Made by a program: the position numbers and the translations under genes. A model generated the notes under the pieces. That model made no database searches. It worked only from the letters and a program-made list of their open reading frames with translations, and had not been told where the DNA came from. This document shows positions 62,715 to 64,000 of a DNA stretch of 64,000 bases, piece by piece. The DNA lies in the NCBI GenBank assembly GCA_964605885.1, contig CAZSED010000012.1:5541-69540 (forward strand), read 5' to 3'. This DNA is from an uncultured Dehalococcoidales bacterium. GTDB lineage: Bacteria; Chloroflexota; Dehalococcoidia; GIF9; UBA5629. Positions within the stretch are counted from its first letter, which is position 1. Each line of letters begins with the position of its first letter.

Positions 62715-63411
62715 AGTCAAAGATTTATTCGTATCTTACGGTATTACGCCGGTGTTGCACGGGGTGTGCTTAAACGTAAAAGAAAATGAAATGGTCGCCC
62801 TTCTGGGCTCTAACGGCGCCGGCAAATCCACGCTGATCAATACCATCCTGGGAATGATAAAGCCCACCAGCGGCTCAATAATCTTCGAGGGTGAGAATAT
62901 TGAAAGGCTGGCCCCGCACCAGATAATCAAACGGGGCATTGCCCAGGTGCCTGAGGCCCGCAGGATATTCCCTTACATGAGTGTAATGGATAACCTCATG
63001 GTCGGAGCTTACAACAGTTCCGCCTGGCGCATGCGGAAGAAGACCCTGGAAAGGGTTTTCAATATGTTCCCAATCTTAAAGGAAAGGAAAAGCCAGTCTG
63101 GTGGCACATTGAGTGGTGGCGAGCAGCAGATGATGGTCATCGGGCGCGGCCTGATGTCCAACCCCAAATTGCTGATGGTAGATGAGCCTTCGCTGGGCCT
63201 TGCTCCCAAGATACTGGAGGTTGTTTACGATACACTGGCCAAACTCAGGGATGAAAAGATCACCACCATACTGTCCGAGCAGAATGCACAGCAGGCTCTT
63301 TCCATCGCGGGTCGCGGCTACATAATGGAGAACGGACGGGTGGTCTTCGAAGATATCAGCGAGAACTTATTGAACAGTGACAAGGTTAAGAAAGCTTACC
63401 TCGGGATGTAA
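62707..63411 (+). CDS. HAAT-type ABC transporter ATPase (LivF-like)
   Basis: GSNGAGKST, LSGGEQQM, DEPSLGLAP, AYLG. Confidence 0.95.
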   Translation: MFEVKDLFVSYGITPVLHGVCLNVKENEMVALLGSNGAGKSTLINTILGMIKPTSGSIIFEGENIERLAPHQIIKRGIAQVPEARRIFPYMSVMDNLMVGAYNSSAWRMRKKTLERVFNMFPILKERKSQSGGTLSGGEQQMMVIGRGLMSNPKLLMVDEPSLGLAPKILEVVYDTLAKLRDEKITTILSEQNAQQALSIAGRGYIMENGRVVFEDISENLLNSDKVKKAYLGM

Positions 63412-63413
63412 AT

Positions 63414-64000
63414 ATGGAAAATTATTTTGACTACACAAAAAAGCTCTTTGATCCTTCTAAAATAAACGAGAAGCCGGAAGTTTTTAACGGCATACGTGTT
63501 CTGGACTTTACACACGTGATTTACGGTCCCACCGTGGGCAAGATACTCGGGCAGTACGGCGCCGAGGTGATAAAATTCGAGCTTCCCTGGATAGGAGACC
63601 TCTGGAGGGTCGGCGTTAACTGGGGCAGTTTCTGGCGGCACTCCAGCGTATGTTTCCACTTTGTTCAGTTCGGCAAGTATTTCTTTGCGCTTAACCTCAA
63701 GCTGCCCAAGGCCAAAGAGATAATCCTGAAAATGGCTGAGAAAGCCGATGTGGTGGTGGAGAACTTCGCCGCCGGCACCACGGACACGTGGGGCATCGGC
63801 TACAGGCAGCTCAGCAAGGTCAACCCTGGCCTCATTTACCTTAGCTGCGCGACTTACGGCCAGTACGGGCCGATGCGTTTCTTCCCGGGCTGGGACCTGC
63901 TGGCGCAGGCTGCCAGCGGTGTCATAAGCGTAACGGGCTACCCCGGCACCGATAAGTATTACAAGCTGCCTGATTACGTGGGCGATTTCCTGCCGGGCAA
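63414..64000 (+). CDS. Class III CoA-transferase (CaiB/BaiF family), runs off the window
   Basis: Not in the ORF track. MENYFDYTKKLFDPSKINEKPEVFNGIRVLDFTHVIYGP...GAEVIKFE...ADVVVENF...YGQYGP...PGWDLLAQAASG...YVGDF (catalytic-Asp position near 63984). Confidence 0.92.
   Translation, partial: MENYFDYTKKLFDPSKINEKPEVFNGIRVLDFTHVIYGPTVGKILGQYGAEVIKFELPWIGDLWRVGVNWGSFWRHSSVCFHFVQFGKYFFALNLKLPKAKEIILKMAEKADVVVENFAAGTTDTWGIGYRQLSKVNPGLIYLSCATYGQYGPMRFFPGWDLLAQAASGVISVTGYPGTDKYYKLPDYVGDFLPG

Overview
Core-genome window of an anaerobic bacterium. Gene order and protein style suggest Chloroflexota, class Dehalococcoidia; this is inference, not a database result. Left to right: (1) a partial B12-binding radical SAM gene, divergent from a giant orphan cytoplasmic histidine kinase (2340 aa, about 12 PAS + 3 GAF); (2) the str-S10-spc-alpha ribosomal super-operon (rpsL to rpsI, no tuf), containing two small genes the ORF track missed: rpmJ and, unexpectedly, a bS22/mS38-like gene between rplW and rplB; (3) a minus-strand block dnaX-ybaB-recR-recO / kinase-AAA fusion-ahcY-metK-PGM/PMM-PGI/PMI; (4) rpsO-pnp-dapB-asd-dapA; (5) purA downstream of an ino1 / PimA-like GT4 / PIP-synthase-like inositol glycolipid cluster; (6) USP, PHP and an untracked 47-aa DUF5679-like basic protein with its own near-consensus promoter; (7) nusA-ylxR-infB-rbfA-truB with a rimP-type leader terminator but no rimP; (8) an archaeal-style glmM-glmU-uppS-geranylgeranyl reductase cluster; (9) a liv-type ABC transporter followed by a partial class III CoA-transferase. 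I saw no tRNA, rRNA, CRISPR array or mobile element. All calls come from motif recognition by eye.
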